IMG/VR virus record: IMGVR_UViG_3300005440_000009
Span: 1 to 64,000 of that record
DNA length: 64,000 bases
Source of the DNA: a virus
Lineage: Duplodnaviria; Caudoviricetes
Strand: one strand, 5' to 3'
The translations under genes were made by a program, and so were the position numbers. Below the pieces are notes generated by a model. It searched no databases. It was given only the letters and a program-made list of their open reading frames with translations, and was not told where the DNA came from. The first letter of the stretch is position 1. Each line of letters begins with the position of its first letter. Positions 62,779 through 64,000 of the stretch are shown here, piece after piece.

Positions 62779-63383
62779 AGCAGATCACCCAAAGACGTTT
62801 TGGACGACTTCTGATCGTTCGCCGGCTGCCGCCAAGCGCAAGCGGATGTGTCCGCGTTGTAGTGCGTTGCGACTGCGGCATCAGCAAAACAGTGGCTCTC
62901 GGGAAGCTGTGCTCCGGGAACACGCGCTCATGCGGATGTCTGCGCCGAGAACTACAAACGATTCATGGACACGGCAGGAGCGGCGCGCAAAGCCCGGAGT
63001 ATTTGGCGTGGGCAAATATGCTCAAGCGTTGTCTCCGCCCCAACTACGCCATTTTCGCAAGTTACGGCGGCCGCGGAATTAGCGTCACCAAGAGGTGGCT
63101 GAGCTTCCCTAACTTCTTGGCTGATATGGGGTTGCGACCGAGTCCCAAACACTCATTAGATCGTCGCAACAACGACAAGGGCTATTCCAAGCGCAACTGC
63201 CGATGGGCGACCCGCACTCAGCAGATGCGCAACACGCGCAGTAGCGTATGCGTTCGATACCGCGGTCAGGTCCGCTCGTTACCTGAGTGCGCAGAACTCA
63301 GCGGAATCCGTGTGTCTACTCTGCGGACCCGCCTGCGGCGAGGCTGGGAACTTCATCGTTTGTTTACAAGGGAGACGAGATGA
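62775..63383 (+). CDS. HNH homing endonuclease
   Basis: RFGRL..CDCG..TRSCGC..EYLAWANMLKRC..YGGRGI..SLDRRNNDKGYSKRNCRWAT..RGW. Confidence 0.9.
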   Translation: MKQITQRRFGRLLIVRRLPPSASGCVRVVVRCDCGISKTVALGKLCSGNTRSCGCLRRELQTIHGHGRSGAQSPEYLAWANMLKRCLRPNYAIFASYGGRGISVTKRWLSFPNFLADMGLRPSPKHSLDRRNNDKGYSKRNCRWATRTQQMRNTRSSVCVRYRGQVRSLPECAELSGIRVSTLRTRLRRGWELHRLFTRETR

Positions 63384-63760
63384 AACCAAGTGAAGTGCTT
63401 CTAGACGGCGGCGGCATGCCGTTCCCCGACACGTTCGGGCGGACGGACTTCGAAATGGCCGCGGCAATGATCGTGACCGCATGCGCGCTCTACGACGACA
63501 AATGGCAGCCCGTGAGCGGGCCGCAGATCGCTTTTGCGCTGACGCAAAACATCAAAGCAGCGCGGCAGCCATGGGCGGCGCTTCGCCTAAACCCCGCTCG
63601 GCCTACGCCGTCGTTTATGGCGCTGGCGGACAAGGGCTATGCGCGTTTCACCGAGTCGGATCGCGAGCGGAGCCCGATCGAGCTCACCGACAAGGCGCTC
63701 GATATCATCCGCGCCAAGTGGTTTCGGCCGGGTGGCGCCGCTGCCGCGGTGAAGTCGTGA
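63380..63760 (+). CDS. hypothetical protein
   Basis: ATGA coupling, GGGAG RBS. Confidence 0.55.
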   Translation: MKPSEVLLDGGGMPFPDTFGRTDFEMAAAMIVTACALYDDKWQPVSGPQIAFALTQNIKAARQPWAALRLNPARPTPSFMALADKGYARFTESDRERSPIELTDKALDIIRAKWFRPGGAAAAVKS

Positions 63761-64000
63761 ACAAGCCCACACCGGAGCAAGTGGACGCGGCCGGGCCGCG
63801 CACGGTGGAACTCCTCGCGAGACTCGAGGCGGCCGTGGACGAGCACATGGCCGCTCATGCCGCACTGCCGCTGTCGGATCGACGCTGCGATGTATTCACA
63901 GCGATCGTCCGCATGCTCGTCGCCCGCGTCGAGGGCCACGGCCTCGATCGTCTTAGGATTCTTCAGGTGCTAGCCGACGAGCTCGGCGTGGAAACGATCA
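63757..64000 (+). CDS. hypothetical protein, truncated at window edge
   Basis: GTGA overlap; frame open to the window end. Confidence 0.5.
   Translation, partial: MNKPTPEQVDAAGPRTVELLARLEAAVDEHMAAHAALPLSDRRCDVFTAIVRMLVARVEGHGLDRLRILQVLADELGVETI

Noticed and set aside
1-64000. Packaging ATPase, integrase, reverse transcriptase/DGR, DNA polymerase
   Set aside because: No Walker A/B, tyrosine or serine recombinase, RT or polymerase motifs recognised by eye; they may lie outside the window

Overview
The whole 64 kb window reads as one GC-rich bacterial virus genome segment. I found no host housekeeping genes, integrase, rRNA or CRISPR array. Layout: (i) a minus-strand late region (about 1-40,500) with candidate spike/fibre genes, a glycan-synthesis locus (gmd, NDP-hexose C-methyltransferase, FkbM and class I methyltransferases, three glycosyltransferase genes), several peptidoglycan hydrolases, 11 membrane proteins sharing an N-terminal Trp motif, three adjacent beta-rich capsid candidates, a protamine-like/TM/LysM protein and a transglutaminase-like Cys enzyme; (ii) an HUH rolling-circle Rep and a ribbon-helix-helix gene (40.5-43.7 kb); (iii) a minus-strand early arm (44-54.4 kb) with a C5 DNA methyltransferase whose open frame runs through a nested HNH endonuclease, DUF5131, RadC and beta-clamp-like genes, four of them preceded by a hairpin plus AGAAAGCGGTGAG start motif; (iv) a plus-strand arm (54.5-64 kb) of tiny coupled ORFs with NUDIX, an RNAP alpha-CTD homologue, an HNH, repeated junction sequences and a candidate structured RNA. 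I recognised no HK97 capsid, portal, large terminase or tail tube genes. The content instead suggests (inference) an unusually large tailless, internal-membrane, jelly-roll-type virus, possibly of Myxococcota, but no packaging ATPase is visible here. All family calls are by-eye motif recognition with no database searches. Many starts were refined by hand from stop/start overlaps.
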